A DNA stretch of 64,000 nt from an uncultured Planctomycetaceae bacterium (GTDB lineage: Bacteria > Planctomycetota > Planctomycetia > Planctomycetales > Planctomycetaceae): assembly GCA_963833105.1 (NCBI GenBank), contig CAWHWU010000033.1, positions 29,030 to 93,029 on the forward strand, given 5' to 3'. The position numbers and the translations under genes are program-made. The notes under the pieces are model-generated. The model searched no databases, was not told the DNA's origin, and saw only the letters and a program-made list of their open reading frames with translations. The stretch's first letter is position 1; every line of letters begins with the position of its first letter. This document shows positions 48,893 through 59,798 of this stretch, in pieces.

Positions 48893-50602
48893 CTAACGAC
48901 CGTGCCGCACGGCCGAGGCTAAGAGGCCGGCGAGCTTCCAGACTGACGGCTTGTGGTAGAGATCCAATAACCGCCAGGCGACCGCTTCGGGATTCGAGTG
49001 GGTCGCAAACCACATCGGCTTGGGAGAGACGGTGAGCGGCCCGGTGAGCACGTTCTTTTCGATGCCGTCGACGATCGACGTGTTGTGCACCCAGCCGATG
49101 CCGCTTTGAGCGTCGTTGAGGCTGCTGCCGGCCACGCCTCCCCACGCGGGCGACATCATGGCGAAAGCGAGCCCCGACCATTGGTTGATCGCGATCGTGC
49201 CGAACCGGAGTCGACCAAGGGCCGACTGGAGCGCCCGTTCGCGGTTCGAATCCTTGCGGAAATCCGCGGGTAGCGTGATCGACGCCGCCAGCGTTCCCCA
49301 CAATTCGTTGTTGGCAAAATCGACGGCCCGGTCGAGAAAGGCCGTGTCGGAGTCGGCCTCGAGCGGCGTCTCGACGCTCACGCACACGAACGATTCCTCT
49401 TTGAAAAATAGCGGCGATTCCTTGGGCGAGATGCTGCGTAACAGCGTCCAAGGGAGCGTCTCGCCTCCGGCCGGAATGCTCTGGCCGCTAAAGCGTGTGA
49501 ATCGCTCGGCCGCCCCGGGATAGTACGCCTTCCGCGGAGCGATCCGGCCCAAGACGCGGGCCACTTTATCGAGAAACCGATCGCGGTCGGGCCAGTTGGC
49601 CGACGTCACAATGACCTTCGTGGCGATGCAGTTGAACGAGCAGTTATTGGTGATCGACGTGGCCACATTCTCGGCCTGGAAGTCGAGTTGTCGTTCGGAA
49701 TATTTCCCGGGCACGATGATCCAGGGCGTGACGTTGCCCAATTCACTGGTGATGGGCTTGCGGAGAATCGGATCGTTGTCGCGCTTCCGCCGGTCGCGCT
49801 CGGGTCCGGGCGGGCCCCAAACGATCGCGTCATGCGAATGGATCGAACCGGTAATGTGCACCTCGTCAACCAACTCGTGTGCGACCGCCGCCGAGCCGAC
49901 ATCGGCTCCGCCGTAGATGATGCGGAGGTAGCCGGCGTCGATCAGCGGCTTGTATGCCCGCTCGAAAATCGGTCCCAGCGACTCGTTCACCGGGTTCATC
50001 TTGAGCAGGACGGTCCGCCCCTCCTGGAAGAGCTTGGTGAAGGCGTCGGTCGTGGGGATCGACGAGACATTGCCCGCTCCCAGCACGAGACAAATCCGCG
50101 GGTTTCCCGATTTCCAGCGACCGGGGTACCCGTCCGGACACATGCGGAGCGATTCCTCGCCAATGCCCGGCTTCAACCAGGCATCGACCTTGAACCCCTG
50201 AAACGTGATCGAGTCGAACATTCCCCGGGCGGGAAAGACGGGGACGCGGACGCGACCATCGGTTCCCGTCTTCGGTCGGCCGGGAAGCCGTGGTTGTCCG
50301 AGCGAGGCGATGTCTTGCAGGCTTTGGATCACCAATCTCAGTTGGCGGATCGTCGCCACCGGGCCGGCCATGATGTCCTCGGCCCGCAGCGGGCTCGCCG
50401 CCGCGACCCCTTTGTAGCGACAGGCCGTATCGACCCAATCGCGGGCCGTCCGCATCGTCCCCTCAATGCACTCCTCCGCCAGCCGTACCAACTCGGCGGG
50501 CGACGCCTGGGCGAGGCGATTGTGACCTTTGGAGAGGGCGTCGAGCGAGCGGTCGATGTCGTTATTCGTCGCGCGGGACGGAGGTGCCAGGGTGGTCGTC
50601 AT
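48893..50602 (-). CDS. aldehyde dehydrogenase family protein
   Basis: 569 aa. LGAGNVSSIP, LKMNPVNE, ITGSIHSHDAI, ELGNVTPWIIVPG, FNCIATK (catalytic Cys context). Confidence 0.75.
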   Translation of the reverse strand: MTTTLAPPSRATNNDIDRSLDALSKGHNRLAQASPAELVRLAEECIEGTMRTARDWVDTACRYKGVAAASPLRAEDIMAGPVATIRQLRLVIQSLQDIASLGQPRLPGRPKTGTDGRVRVPVFPARGMFDSITFQGFKVDAWLKPGIGEESLRMCPDGYPGRWKSGNPRICLVLGAGNVSSIPTTDAFTKLFQEGRTVLLKMNPVNESLGPIFERAYKPLIDAGYLRIIYGGADVGSAAVAHELVDEVHITGSIHSHDAIVWGPPGPERDRRKRDNDPILRKPITSELGNVTPWIIVPGKYSERQLDFQAENVATSITNNCSFNCIATKVIVTSANWPDRDRFLDKVARVLGRIAPRKAYYPGAAERFTRFSGQSIPAGGETLPWTLLRSISPKESPLFFKEESFVCVSVETPLEADSDTAFLDRAVDFANNELWGTLAASITLPADFRKDSNRERALQSALGRLRFGTIAINQWSGLAFAMMSPAWGGVAGSSLNDAQSGIGWVHNTSIVDGIEKNVLTGPLTVSPKPMWFATHSNPEAVAWRLLDLYHKPSVWKLAGLLASAVRHGR

Positions 50603-50710
50603 GCTTGGTCCCCAGAATCGGAGTCGAGGAAAAGTCGGCGTTCATCATAGCGTGACGGTCGACGTTCTTCGACAATTCGTGCCCCATTTGAATTGGCCGG
50701 CGCTGCTAGA

Positions 50711-51720
50711 ATGACGGACACATCCATGGAAAGCGACTCAAGCCAGCAGACCGGCGACCCGCCGCCCGAAATCTCGATCATTACGCCGTGCTACAACGCC
50801 GTCCGCCATCTGCGAGACGCGATCGAAAGCATTCGCCGCCAGGAGGGGGTGCTGGTCGAACACATCGTGGCCGACGCGGCCTCTAAGGATGGAACGGTCG
50901 ACATTCTCCGCGAGTACCCGGACGTGCGGTGGATCTCGGAGCCGGACCAGGGGCAGGCCGACGCCTTCAACAAGGGTCTGGCGATGGCCCGCGCGCCCTC
51001 ATCGGCTGGCTCAATGCGGACGACGCGTACGAGCCGGGGGCCCTCGCCGCCGTCGTGCGGTTTTTTCGCGAGCATCCTGGGGCCTATCTGCTCAACGGCC
51101 ACCTCGCCCGCGTCGATTCGGCGGGAAATCAGTTGGAGTTTTTGCCCGGCAAATCGAGCCGCTTCTGGCTGCGGCACTTCTGGTTCCGTTGGTACTGGCT
51201 CAATCACCCCTCGACGTTCTACCGGAAAGCGCTGTTCGACGAGATCGGCCCGATCGACACACGCCTGCACTACGCCATGGATTACGATTTTTATTTACGC
51301 GCCTCGCAGCGGTTCGAGTTTTACGACATCGACCTGTTGACGACGCGGATGCTGGTGCATCCCGACGCCAAGACGAGCCACGGCTGGGACAACTTCGCGG
51401 CCGATGTGCAGCGGACGCTCGCCAAGGTCTGGAAGCCGCAACATCCGCTGTTTTACGCCTATTCACTGCTCGGCGTGCGAATGTACGCGGCCCGCAGCCA
51501 TCTCGTCGAATCGTTTATCGGCCTGCGGGTAGGCCGGCGGAAGGACGCACTTCGCGAGTTGGGACGGGCTACCGCCTGGTGGCCCCTGCTGCCCCTGCTG
51601 CCGAGCTTTTACACGTACTGCGGCCGGGCGGGATTGCGAGTTCTCTTAGGGGAATCAGGCTATGCGCGGCTCCGCCAAGGGCTCAAAGACCAGCAAACGA
51701 CCGCAGCCGGCCCACGCTGA
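50711..51720 (+). CDS. family 2 glycosyltransferase; frameshift about 50992
   Basis: ISIITPCYNAVRHLRDAIESI...VADAASKDGTVDIL...DQGQADAFNKGLAMAR (ORF 50693..51340) continues as GALIGWLNADDAYEPGAL... (ORF 50929..51720). The sequence gcccgcgcgccctc needs one extra g. Confidence 0.85.
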
Positions 51721-51762
51721 GGGAGTCGCGAAGGAGAGCTTTTTTCCCTCGTCCCCCACCCC

Positions 51763-52203
51763 TCACCCCTCATCCCTCGTTTTGAGGTTGCGGCGGTACT
51801 CTTCCACGCGGCGATCCGAGGGGTACCAGGCATTCGCGTCCTCTTTGATTTGCCGCAGGTCGTCGGCGGTCGGCGGCTTGTTGGTCCCCGGTTGGTCGCC
51901 CGAGCGACGACGGTGCCGCGGGCGAAACGATTCGACGTAGTTGTCGACCAACTCCCGGCGGGTGCCGTAGAGGTTTGAATCCCGAGCCCGGCGCAAGGCC
52001 GGCGAGTTGAACAGGCACACGAGCAGCATCAAGCCGGCCAGCCCTCCCACCATGAGGACGAGCGGCCACCAGGCGTCCGGCGCGAAGAGAAACACGATCA
52101 CCAGGCAGACGCCAAGTCCCGCCGCCATGACGACGGTGGCGGCGAAGAGGCTGCCCGCGAATCGTCCGTGATCGTGACCGTTGACAGGTGTCGGCTTTGG
52201 CAT
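51763..52203 (-). CDS. hypothetical membrane protein
   Basis: Two TM helices (LFAATVVMAAGLGVCLVIVFLF, WWPLVLMVGGLAGLMLLVCLF) and a charged C-terminal tail. I recognised no family. Confidence 0.5.
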   Translation of the reverse strand: MPKPTPVNGHDHGRFAGSLFAATVVMAAGLGVCLVIVFLFAPDAWWPLVLMVGGLAGLMLLVCLFNSPALRRARDSNLYGTRRELVDNYVESFRPRHRRRSGDQPGTNKPPTADDLRQIKEDANAWYPSDRRVEEYRRNLKTRDEG

Positions 52204-52258
52204 CGCATGTCTCCCACGAACGGGACCACAGGCGAACGGACAGTCGACCGGCAATCAA

Positions 52259-54301
52259 TCAGCCGATCACGTGATGCACGAACAGGTCGAGATAGAAGAC
52301 CAAAATCGCCAGGCACAGGACGAACGCCATGCCGAAATAGGTGGCGGCGATCTGGACACGTTCACTCGGCCGCTTGCGCGTCACGCCTTCCCAGATTAAA
52401 AAGACCATATGCCCCCCGTCCAGTACGGGGATGGGAAGGAAATTCAGCACCGCGAGATTGGCGCTTAAGATACCGAGAAATAATGACATTTCCGCCAGGC
52501 CTTGCCGCGCAAAATCATACGCGACACTGGCGATGCCCAGCGGGCCGTGCAGGTTCTCCACCGACAACTGGCCGGTGAGCAAGTTCCGCAGTGTGAGATA
52601 AAGATCGATGATCGAATTCCGCGTGTGGGTTAGCCCCATCACGGCGGCGTCCGCCAGCCCGTTCGACTTGAGTGTCATCACCTGCGCGTAAACTCGAAGT
52701 CCGCGCAGCCCCGGCACGAACCAGTTCTCCTTGGCGTCGACGAACGGCGTGCACGGCGCCGTATGCGAGCCGTCCGAAAGGGTCAGCACCACGTCTCGGT
52801 CGGTGGCAATCTGCATCAGCACGCTCACGAACGCCCAATTGCTCGGCTTCGCGTGGTCGCGCGGGTTGAAATCGACGGGGATGGTGTCTTTGCCGAAGTT
52901 GTCCGAGGCTTTTCCCTTTGGCAGGACGAATTCCACCTTCTTGACTTGTTCCCCTTTCTTGACGCCAACTTTGTCGGCCGGGCTGCCGGGGATGACGTTC
53001 AGCACGGCGGGAATCACGTTGTAGGCGACGCCGATAGCGGGCGCCGAAAGAGGCGTGTCGGGTTGCATCGGCGGTCGCTCGATCCAGCCGGGGTTATCGG
53101 AGGGAATCAGGCGGATTTCGATGTTCTTCGATTCGGCCCCCTTCACGTCGCGCTGCACGACGACGGTCACCTCGCGTCCGGCGAGGCTCGCCAGCTCGTC
53201 GGGGAGACGCAGCGGATCGATGTCGGTTCCGACAGACCGGTTGTTCACGCGGAGGATTTTGTCGCCGACTTGCATGCCATTCCGCTGCGCGGGCGAATCG
53301 TTGACCAGCGACGTGATTTTGCCGATGTCCATCGTCAGGCCGAGCTGGCGGAAGCGCTGCGGCTCGACCCGGATCGCGACCGGCTTTTCGGGACCCTTGT
53401 CGCGGCGCACCAGGAAATCGACCGGCTTGCTGCGATCGACGGAGAGCAAGTGTTGCAACTCGGTAAAGTTCGAGACGCTGTGCTGATCGAGGCCGACAAT
53501 CTGGTCCCCCGGTTCAAACCCCGGCTTCGCTTTGCTGGCCGGCGAATTGGGATCGGTCACCGAATCGACCGCATCGCGCGTCTTGATGACGTCCAATCCC
53601 AAGGCGGGCGTGACGCCGATCATGCGGCGACCGGCCGCGATGGCGGGCGTCAGTTGAATCTGGAAGGTTTTTCCGTCGACGTGCACTCCCGTCACTTCGA
53701 TCGGCCCCGACGTGAAGGCGATCGCGCGTTGGATGTCTTCAAACGTCGAAGTCGTGCGGCCGCCGATGCTCGTGATGCGGTCGCCGGGCCGCAATCCGGC
53801 TTCCCAGGCGGGGAACCCGGGCTGCAGCGAACCGATCACCGGGGGCGGCATTTCGATGCCGTGGCCGAACGCGATGGCGTAAAACATGACCGCCGTGATC
53901 ACGTTCATGCTCACGCCGGCGGAGATGATCGCCATCCGCTGGCCGACCGATTTCGCAGAGTAAGAGCGGGGATCTTTGGCGATTTCTTCGCTCGTCAACT
54001 GGCTGGGATCCATGTCGTCCTGGCCCAGCATCTTGACGTAGCCGCCGAAGGGAATGGCCGAGAGCGCGTATTCGGTCTCGCCGTACTTGCGGCTCCAGAG
54101 GATCGGGCCGAAGCCGATGCTGAACCGCTCCACGAACACGTCGCACCACTTGGCGACGGCAAAGTGCCCCAGCTCGTGGAAGAAGATCACCAGGCCGATG
54201 CCGATCAGCACGGCCAGGATGCTTCCCGCCTTGCTGACGTAAGGCGCGAAATTGAAGGCGGCCTGGAGCAGGCCGGAGTCGAAAGCGGCAAGCATGTTCA
54301 C
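52259..54301 (-). CDS. rseP: RIP metalloprotease RseP (site-2 protease, M50) with multiple PDZ domains
   Basis: HELGHFAVAKWC (HExxH), GGYVKMLGQDD, several PDZ-like units, and a C-terminal NLAVLNFLPIPVLDGGHM. Confidence 0.92.
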   Translation of the reverse strand: MNMLAAFDSGLLQAAFNFAPYVSKAGSILAVLIGIGLVIFFHELGHFAVAKWCDVFVERFSIGFGPILWSRKYGETEYALSAIPFGGYVKMLGQDDMDPSQLTSEEIAKDPRSYSAKSVGQRMAIISAGVSMNVITAVMFYAIAFGHGIEMPPPVIGSLQPGFPAWEAGLRPGDRITSIGGRTTSTFEDIQRAIAFTSGPIEVTGVHVDGKTFQIQLTPAIAAGRRMIGVTPALGLDVIKTRDAVDSVTDPNSPASKAKPGFEPGDQIVGLDQHSVSNFTELQHLLSVDRSKPVDFLVRRDKGPEKPVAIRVEPQRFRQLGLTMDIGKITSLVNDSPAQRNGMQVGDKILRVNNRSVGTDIDPLRLPDELASLAGREVTVVVQRDVKGAESKNIEIRLIPSDNPGWIERPPMQPDTPLSAPAIGVAYNVIPAVLNVIPGSPADKVGVKKGEQVKKVEFVLPKGKASDNFGKDTIPVDFNPRDHAKPSNWAFVSVLMQIATDRDVVLTLSDGSHTAPCTPFVDAKENWFVPGLRGLRVYAQVMTLKSNGLADAAVMGLTHTRNSIIDLYLTLRNLLTGQLSVENLHGPLGIASVAYDFARQGLAEMSLFLGILSANLAVLNFLPIPVLDGGHMVFLIWEGVTRKRPSERVQIAATYFGMAFVLCLAILVFYLDLFVHHVIG

Positions 54302-54304
54302 GAA

Positions 54305-55450
54305 TCAGCTCTCCAGGCGCGGGCTTCCGCGGGTCCATCGGTCCATCTCTAACAAGTTCGCTAGAGACGGGGAGGAATCGAATTGATGGGCATCCAGGAC
54401 AGATCGGCACACACGGGGAATATCGGTGAATCGCAGCTCCCCGGCAAGAAACCGCTCGACCGCGACCTCGTTGGCCGCATTCAACACCGCGCCGCAAGTC
54501 CCCCCGCGCCGCGCCACCTCGTACCCCAACCCAAGGGCGGGAAACGCCTCCAAATCGGGGGGTGCGAACTCCAGCGTCATGGTTGTCGACCAATCGACCC
54601 TCGGGCTCGTCCCCTCCCAGCGCTCCGGCCACGTCAGTGCGTATTGAATCGGCAGACGCATGTCGGGCGGGGAGAGCTGAGCCACGACGGAACCGTCGCG
54701 GAATTCAACAAATGAATGCGCGATCGACTGTGGATGAATCATCACGGCGATCTGGTCGACGTCAAGCCCGAAAAGCCACTTGGCCTCGATCATCTCGAGG
54801 GCCTTATTCATCATCGTGGCCGAGTCGACGGTGACCTTGGGCCCCATCGCCCAGGTGGGATGGGCCATGGCCATCTTGGGCGTCACGTCTCGCATCTGGG
54901 CGGCCGAAAAGCGGCGAAACGGGCCGCCGCTGGCCGTCAGGACGATCCGGCGTAATTCGCTGCGATTTCCCGCGTGCATGGCCTGAAAAATGGCGCTGTG
55001 CTCGCTGTCGACGGGGATCAGCGAACCCCCCGTCCGCTGGGCCAGTGCCGTCACCAGCGGGCCGGCCACGACCAGCGTTTCCTTATTGGCAAAGGCGACC
55101 CGCTTGCCCGCTTCGAGAGCGGCCCAAGTGCTGCGGAGGCCGGCCGCTCCCACGATGCCGGCCACCACCATTTCGACGTCCGGCTCGCGCGCCACCCGCT
55201 CGATGGCCGCCGAACCGAAGAGCAGCTCGGTTTCGCGCGGAAAGGCCTCTCGGGGGATCGAGTTCCGCAGACTCTCATCGTTGACGATCACCCACCGGGG
55301 CCGGTGTCGGGATGCCTGCTCTGCCAAGACTTCCCATTTCCGGTTCGCCGCGATGGCCACGCACTGCAGGCGGTCGCGATGCGCGTGCACGACATCGAGG
55401 CAGTTGGTCCCGATCGATCCGGTCGAGCCCAATACGGCAATTTGCTTCAT
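54305..55450 (-). CDS. dxr: 1-deoxy-D-xylulose 5-phosphate reductoisomerase
   Basis: [21 protein letters not shown]...ANKETLV...[11 protein letters not shown]...LTASGGPFR...[20 protein letters not shown]. Confidence 0.95.
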   Translation of the reverse strand: MKQIAVLGSTGSIGTNCLDVVHAHRDRLQCVAIAANRKWEVLAEQASRHRPRWVIVNDESLRNSIPREAFPRETELLFGSAAIERVAREPDVEMVVAGIVGAAGLRSTWAALEAGKRVAFANKETLVVAGPLVTALAQRTGGSLIPVDSEHSAIFQAMHAGNRSELRRIVLTASGGPFRRFSAAQMRDVTPKMAMAHPTWAMGPKVTVDSATMMNKALEMIEAKWLFGLDVDQIAVMIHPQSIAHSFVEFRDGSVVAQLSPPDMRLPIQYALTWPERWEGTSPRVDWSTTMTLEFAPPDLEAFPALGLGYEVARRGGTCGAVLNAANEVAVERFLAGELRFTDIPRVCRSVLDAHQFDSSPSLANLLEMDRWTRGSPRLES

Positions 55451-55601
55451 GCCAGACCGTCGCGCTGCGTCGAAACTTCAAATCCGTCCAGTTGTTACGG
55501 CAAACCACGAGGCCGCATCCCGCATTTTAGGCGGGCTTCTAGAAGGCCGCAAGGTCCGATTGGCGACGCTCGATGATCGGCACGAGCCGAAATCGGAACG
55601 G

Positions 55602-56283
55602 TCAACGCCCCAAGGCTCTGCTCACACTCTCCAAGTACCCTTTCAGGCGGCGTTCCCGCTCGTCCCGTTCCTTGTCTTGCGGCCCGATGATTTTGGGCGC
55701 CAGATCGCGAGCGGACCACAAAAGCTGTTGGCGGACCGGCTCGGAGGAGTTCGCGGACTTTTCGAGATCGCGGACGATCGGAGACAGCTTTTCGCGCGAG
55801 TTTTTGGCCAACTCCTGCCATTCCTTGCCCGACGCCGAACTCGACCGCAATCGGTCGACCTCCGCGACGACATTTTGCAGCGTTCCCAGATACCGCCGCT
55901 CGCGCGTAAGGCTCCGGCCAAAACAACAGAAACAGCACGTTGAGCAGTAGCCAGACACCAATCGCGGCCGCCACGTCCCAATGCCGCAGAATGAGAGACT
56001 TGAATCCCTCCGGCCGCCTCAGCAGAGTTTTTGACGACGCCGCTTGCCGATTCGGGCTCGCCAGGACCGACGTCATGCCGGTTGAGGGGGCGGACGCCGC
56101 CGCCGAACGAAAGGGAGTCCAGTCTCCGTCTTTTCCTTTGCGGATGCGCACCTCTGCGGCGGTTTCTCCCGAGCAGCCGAGCAACTCTTCGAGCGCGCTC
56201 CATCGGAACGGACCATGCGCTCGACCGTCGACTTCGTAATACCACTCGTCGCCGGGAGGGACCGTTTCATCTTTGTAAGGCAC
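55602..56283 (-). CDS. GYF_2 (DUF4339) domain membrane protein; frameshift about 55905
   Basis: WYYEVDGRAHGPFRWSALEELL (GYF_2). TM segment VAAAIGVWLLLNVLFLLFW. It then continues in the adjacent frame as RERRYLGTLQNVVAEVDRLRSSS...KGYLESVSRALGR (ORF 55602..55961). Confidence 0.65.
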
Positions 56284-56358
56284 GGCTGCACCGACCGTTT
56301 ATTGTCACCTCTATCGAGGCTCGTCGCCACTCCGCGCTCACCGCGATCGTTCGACCAC

Positions 56359-57513
56359 TCAGTCGTCAAACGGCAAATCAAATTGATCGTTGGTCAAGCT
56401 GGAGTGGATGTCGGTCCAGATCTGCGGATCGATATTCTCAGACACAAAGTGGGCCGAGCCGTCGAGCATCACGACATGCACCCCGTTCGGATGCATGCTG
56501 CGAGCCGTCGCCTGGATCGTCGCCTCGAGTCCATTGACGAAATTCGACGCGCACGGCATGCCCATCAGGGTCAGTTTTGGAAGTCCGTATTTGGCGATCA
56601 AGGCCGCGCAACCGGCGAACTGATCCGCCGTCGGCTGGGAACTATTCGGCGGACTCGTTGTGGGGAAATTGAAAATGCCATCCCCAACCGTGCCGCTCGA
56701 CCCGGCCAGGCCCAGCGCCCACACGCCTCGCGGATCGAGTGGATCGATGCCGGCACGAACCTCGTCAATCGCCACGATCCGTGACGTTCCGCCCGGAAAG
56801 TCACGTAGCCGATACGAGAAATTCACACCGACGACTCCGGTTCCCCACACCACCATGTTGGCATTCAACAGATCGGGATTCGCGACATTGTTTCCATTGG
56901 TGCAACCCGGCTGCGTCAGGTAGCAGCCCTTCTGCGGACCGTAGTTTGCCGCGTAGTTCCCGCGCGCGTAAGTGTGTCCCGTGGCCGTTCCGGCCGCCAA
57001 AGCCCGCTCGTAGGGCTGCTGGTTGAAGGGATCGCTGGGGCAGAGCATGAAATTCAAAGTTGTCTCACGGGCCGCCGCATTCGTCGGATCGTCGACCGGC
57101 AAGCTCTGATTGAATGCTTTGTAGAGCGCATTTTGCTCCAGATTCGGCAAGAGCATGATGGCCCAGTTGGCCAAGATGCGATCGGGCCCCTTGGCCGGCG
57201 AATAGCCGTCGGCGACGCGATCGATGGCGCCGATTGAAATCTGGCCCCCACCGAGCGGCTCGCCCGGCCCGCCATTCCACACGACCCCGGCCGGCAAGCA
57301 CAAGTTCGCATCATGATAGTTGTGCACCGCCAACCCGAGTTGCCGCAGGTTATTGAAACACTGAGTTCGCCGCGCCGCTTCCCGCGCGGCCTGCACCGCC
57401 GGAAGAAGCAACGCCGCCAACAGACCGATGACCCCAATGACGACGAGCAATTCGATTATCGTGAAGCCGCCTGTCTTGTCTCTTGATCGCATTTCGTACC
57501 GGTTGGCCTTCAT
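56359..57513 (-). CDS. DUF1559 domain protein with prepilin-type N-terminal methylation domain
   Basis: [53 protein letters not shown]...HPNGVHVVMLDGSAHFV. The start could be 57513 or 57492. Confidence 0.88.
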   Translation of the reverse strand: MKANRYEMRSRDKTGGFTIIELLVVIGVIGLLAALLLPAVQAAREAARRTQCFNNLRQLGLAVHNYHDANLCLPAGVVWNGGPGEPLGGGQISIGAIDRVADGYSPAKGPDRILANWAIMLLPNLEQNALYKAFNQSLPVDDPTNAAARETTLNFMLCPSDPFNQQPYERALAAGTATGHTYARGNYAANYGPQKGCYLTQPGCTNGNNVANPDLLNANMVVWGTGVVGVNFSYRLRDFPGGTSRIVAIDEVRAGIDPLDPRGVWALGLAGSSGTVGDGIFNFPTTSPPNSSQPTADQFAGCAALIAKYGLPKLTLMGMPCASNFVNGLEATIQATARSMHPNGVHVVMLDGSAHFVSENIDPQIWTDIHSSLTNDQFDLPFDD

Positions 57514-57532
57514 ACGCCAAAGGGCAGAGGTC

Positions 57533-57952
57533 TTATCTTCCGTTGTCATCAACTGGGGGGGGCTTCTGCGCCACCGGCAGGCAGCAACACGAGGAGGAGA
57601 TTTTAAAATCTGCATATCTCCATGCCTCCTTAAAACGCAGTGCGACGCCAGCAGCTTCTGCCCTCTTTCCCTGCAATCTTAAGCTGCGCTCCAGGCCGTA
57701 CAAGGACCAGCCGTTTTCCGGGTGACGGATTAGATCGTCTCGGTAAACCTTCTCCGCCTCCCCGAACCTTCGTAAAGCCATCAGAGTTGCTCCCAGTGCA
57801 TGTCGCACCGGTACTACCCACGCTGGCGGCTCCGTATATCTCAGAGTGTCTTCGCGACGTACGGCCTCCTGTAATGCATTGACCGACCTATCTGACTGGC
57901 CCATGCGATAAGCGATCTCGCCCTCAAGCATTTCCTCAGCAACGTCCAACAA
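57533..57952 (-). pseudogene. C-terminal fragment of a TPR-like protein gene, truncated by the ISKra4-family element at 57953
   Basis: The reading frame runs without a stop straight into the IS terminus. The fragment (RYTEPPAWVVPVRHALGATLMALRRFGEAEKVYRDDLIRHPENGWSLYGLERSLRLQGK) looks like the conserved C-terminus of a larger TPR protein. No N-terminal part is adjacent. Confidence 0.7.
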
Positions 57953-59750
57953 GGGTACGGTCCCTGCATGGCTGAGGTTTATGCTGCGTTTTGCAGGGTT
58001 TCATGGGATATGTGGACGCGGGCCTGGATTGGATGGGTACTGCGTGGCGTGAGGGTGCGGGCGTAGACTTCGGTCCAGACGCCGCTCAGGACCAGCATGC
58101 GGAGGTTGAGGACGACCTGGAGTCCGTGACGTTTCCAGCGCATTCCAGAGAGCTTGACCCGTTGCGTGAAGAGTGTCTTGCAGGCGGCCTCGGTCACGCC
58201 GCTGCCGATGGGCAGCCCCGCGTCACGGAACGCGTGATACCGCATCCAGACGCTGCGTCGCCGCAGGTACGAGCAGGCCGTTTCGTATGCGGCAGCCTGG
58301 GTTTTGTTCTTCGTTCCGGACCGAGATTCCAACGCCGCGGCCGAGTGCAGGATCCGGTGGACGGCGTTCGGTTCTTGTTTCAGCACCCGGCGCATGCGGC
58401 GCGCCCAGGCTGTCGCAGAGGCCTCGTCCAGGTTCAGGGATTCGGCGATTGTCGTCAGCCGCGAGGCCGCATGGTAGTAGTCCACCACCCGCTGCCACCT
58501 CAGACGCGTCTTCGTCACCGGGTGTCGCATGCGGCACAGGCGTTTGGTGTAGAACGCTTCTTCCTGATCGCCCGCATCGCTGATATACGCCAGTTGCGGG
58601 AGCGGGTCGGTCCACTGCCGCAGGATCTCCTGCAGCAGAGCCAGCAGTTCCTCGGTCATCGTCTGCTGGCCGAGTTCCGGAGCGAAGCCCAGCGACACGG
58701 TTCCCAGCCGCCGTCCCCGCCGGTCATGCACCGAAACCGTTGCGCAGGTGGCCACCTCGAAGAACCCGTGGGGCTGGTTGCCGACCGTGATCCCGTCACG
58801 GCCTACGGCCAGCGTGGGCTGGCCGCGTCCCTTCCGGGCAAAGGCCCGTTGGAGCAGGTCCCTGATCCGCCGGGCCTGCGCTTCCCGCCGCAAGGGAGCT
58901 GTGGCGTCGGACAGGCTCGAGAGCAACTGGCGTAATCGGCCAACGCCCATCGTCACTCCGTGATCGCGTTTCAACAGATCCAGAAGGGTGCGTTGCGTGG
59001 CTCCTGCCTGGCCGGCATGAAACCCCACCCGTTCGGCCAGGGCGGGCGTGCAGCCGTGCCTCAAACCCAGCGCTTCTTCCAGGGGAAACAGCGACGGCTC
59101 CCCGGCCGCATCCGAGCGGTATCCCAGCCGCCGCAGCGTGGCCGGACCAAACAGCGTCGAGATCTCGTGCGGCGTGGCTTCCGCACGACGCCGGTAGGTT
59201 TCGCCTTCGTGCCTGACGTGCGTGGGCCAGTCCGCATGGCTGGAAACTTCCAGCCGGTTCAGCACGGCCTCCAGAATCTCGCGGCCCATCTCCCGCAACA
59301 CGGCCTGCAACTCCTGCTCGAATTCGAAGATCGTCTGGGGAGTGACTTGACCCTGCATCAGTCTTGCGACCAGCGGCCACAGCCTCTCCGCGTGCCGCTC
59401 TTGAAGCGCTCGCGCCTGGGCGATTGCCTGAACCACGTCTCCTTGCAACAGCAGACAGAAAACGATTCCATATGCCATGAGGGTGTCCTTTCCCTGTCGA
59501 GGCCGGTTTTTCCTGAACACAGCCTGACAGAAGGACACCCTCTTTTCATCAGCCAGCCAACTCCCGAGCCGGTGTCTCTCGAAACACCCCCCAAAACGCC
59601 GATTTCACCCGCCACAGCCGGATCGCACCCCTCGGAAGCCGTTATACGCCATCGAGAAGCCTGCAGAACGCTTCGAACACGCCAAAGGAGGCGGACTGCG
59701 GGAGTCAAGACATAGTTCAGCGTCGGAGTCGTCTTGGTAGGCTGCGTGGT
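57953..59750 (-). mobile_element. ISKra4-family insertion sequence, copy 1 (the 57953 end is exact; the other end is only approximate, between 59540 and 59798)
   Basis: 57953 onward is identical to 63254 onward (offset 5301). I could not find a terminal inverted repeat, so the high-coordinate end is unresolved. Confidence 0.75.
57979..59538 (-). CDS. ISKra4-family transposase
   Basis: About 500-519 aa. The C-terminal LPIGSGVTEAACKTLFTQRVKLSGMRWKRHGLQVVLNLRMLVLSGVW is the characteristic ISKra4-type tail. The start may be the ATG at 59478. Confidence 0.75.
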   Translation of the reverse strand: MSFCQAVFRKNRPRQGKDTLMAYGIVFCLLLQGDVVQAIAQARALQERHAERLWPLVARLMQGQVTPQTIFEFEQELQAVLREMGREILEAVLNRLEVSSHADWPTHVRHEGETYRRRAEATPHEISTLFGPATLRRLGYRSDAAGEPSLFPLEEALGLRHGCTPALAERVGFHAGQAGATQRTLLDLLKRDHGVTMGVGRLRQLLSSLSDATAPLRREAQARRIRDLLQRAFARKGRGQPTLAVGRDGITVGNQPHGFFEVATCATVSVHDRRGRRLGTVSLGFAPELGQQTMTEELLALLQEILRQWTDPLPQLAYISDAGDQEEAFYTKRLCRMRHPVTKTRLRWQRVVDYYHAASRLTTIAESLNLDEASATAWARRMRRVLKQEPNAVHRILHSAAALESRSGTKNKTQAAAYETACSYLRRRSVWMRYHAFRDAGLPIGSGVTEAACKTLFTQRVKLSGMRWKRHGLQVVLNLRMLVLSGVWTEVYARTLTPRSTHPIQARVHISHETLQNAA

Positions 59751-59798
59751 CAAACTCGCAACAAGTCTACCTTTAGCGTGTTGACGGTTGCACTCTTA

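Noticed and set aside
59539-59798. Attempt to define the inner end and terminal inverted repeat of ISKra4 copy 1.
   Set aside because: I found no convincing complement of the 57953 terminus (GGGTACGGTCCCTGCATGG) in this interval. The second copy is cut by the window, so the boundary cannot be set by comparison. It is reported only as approximate.
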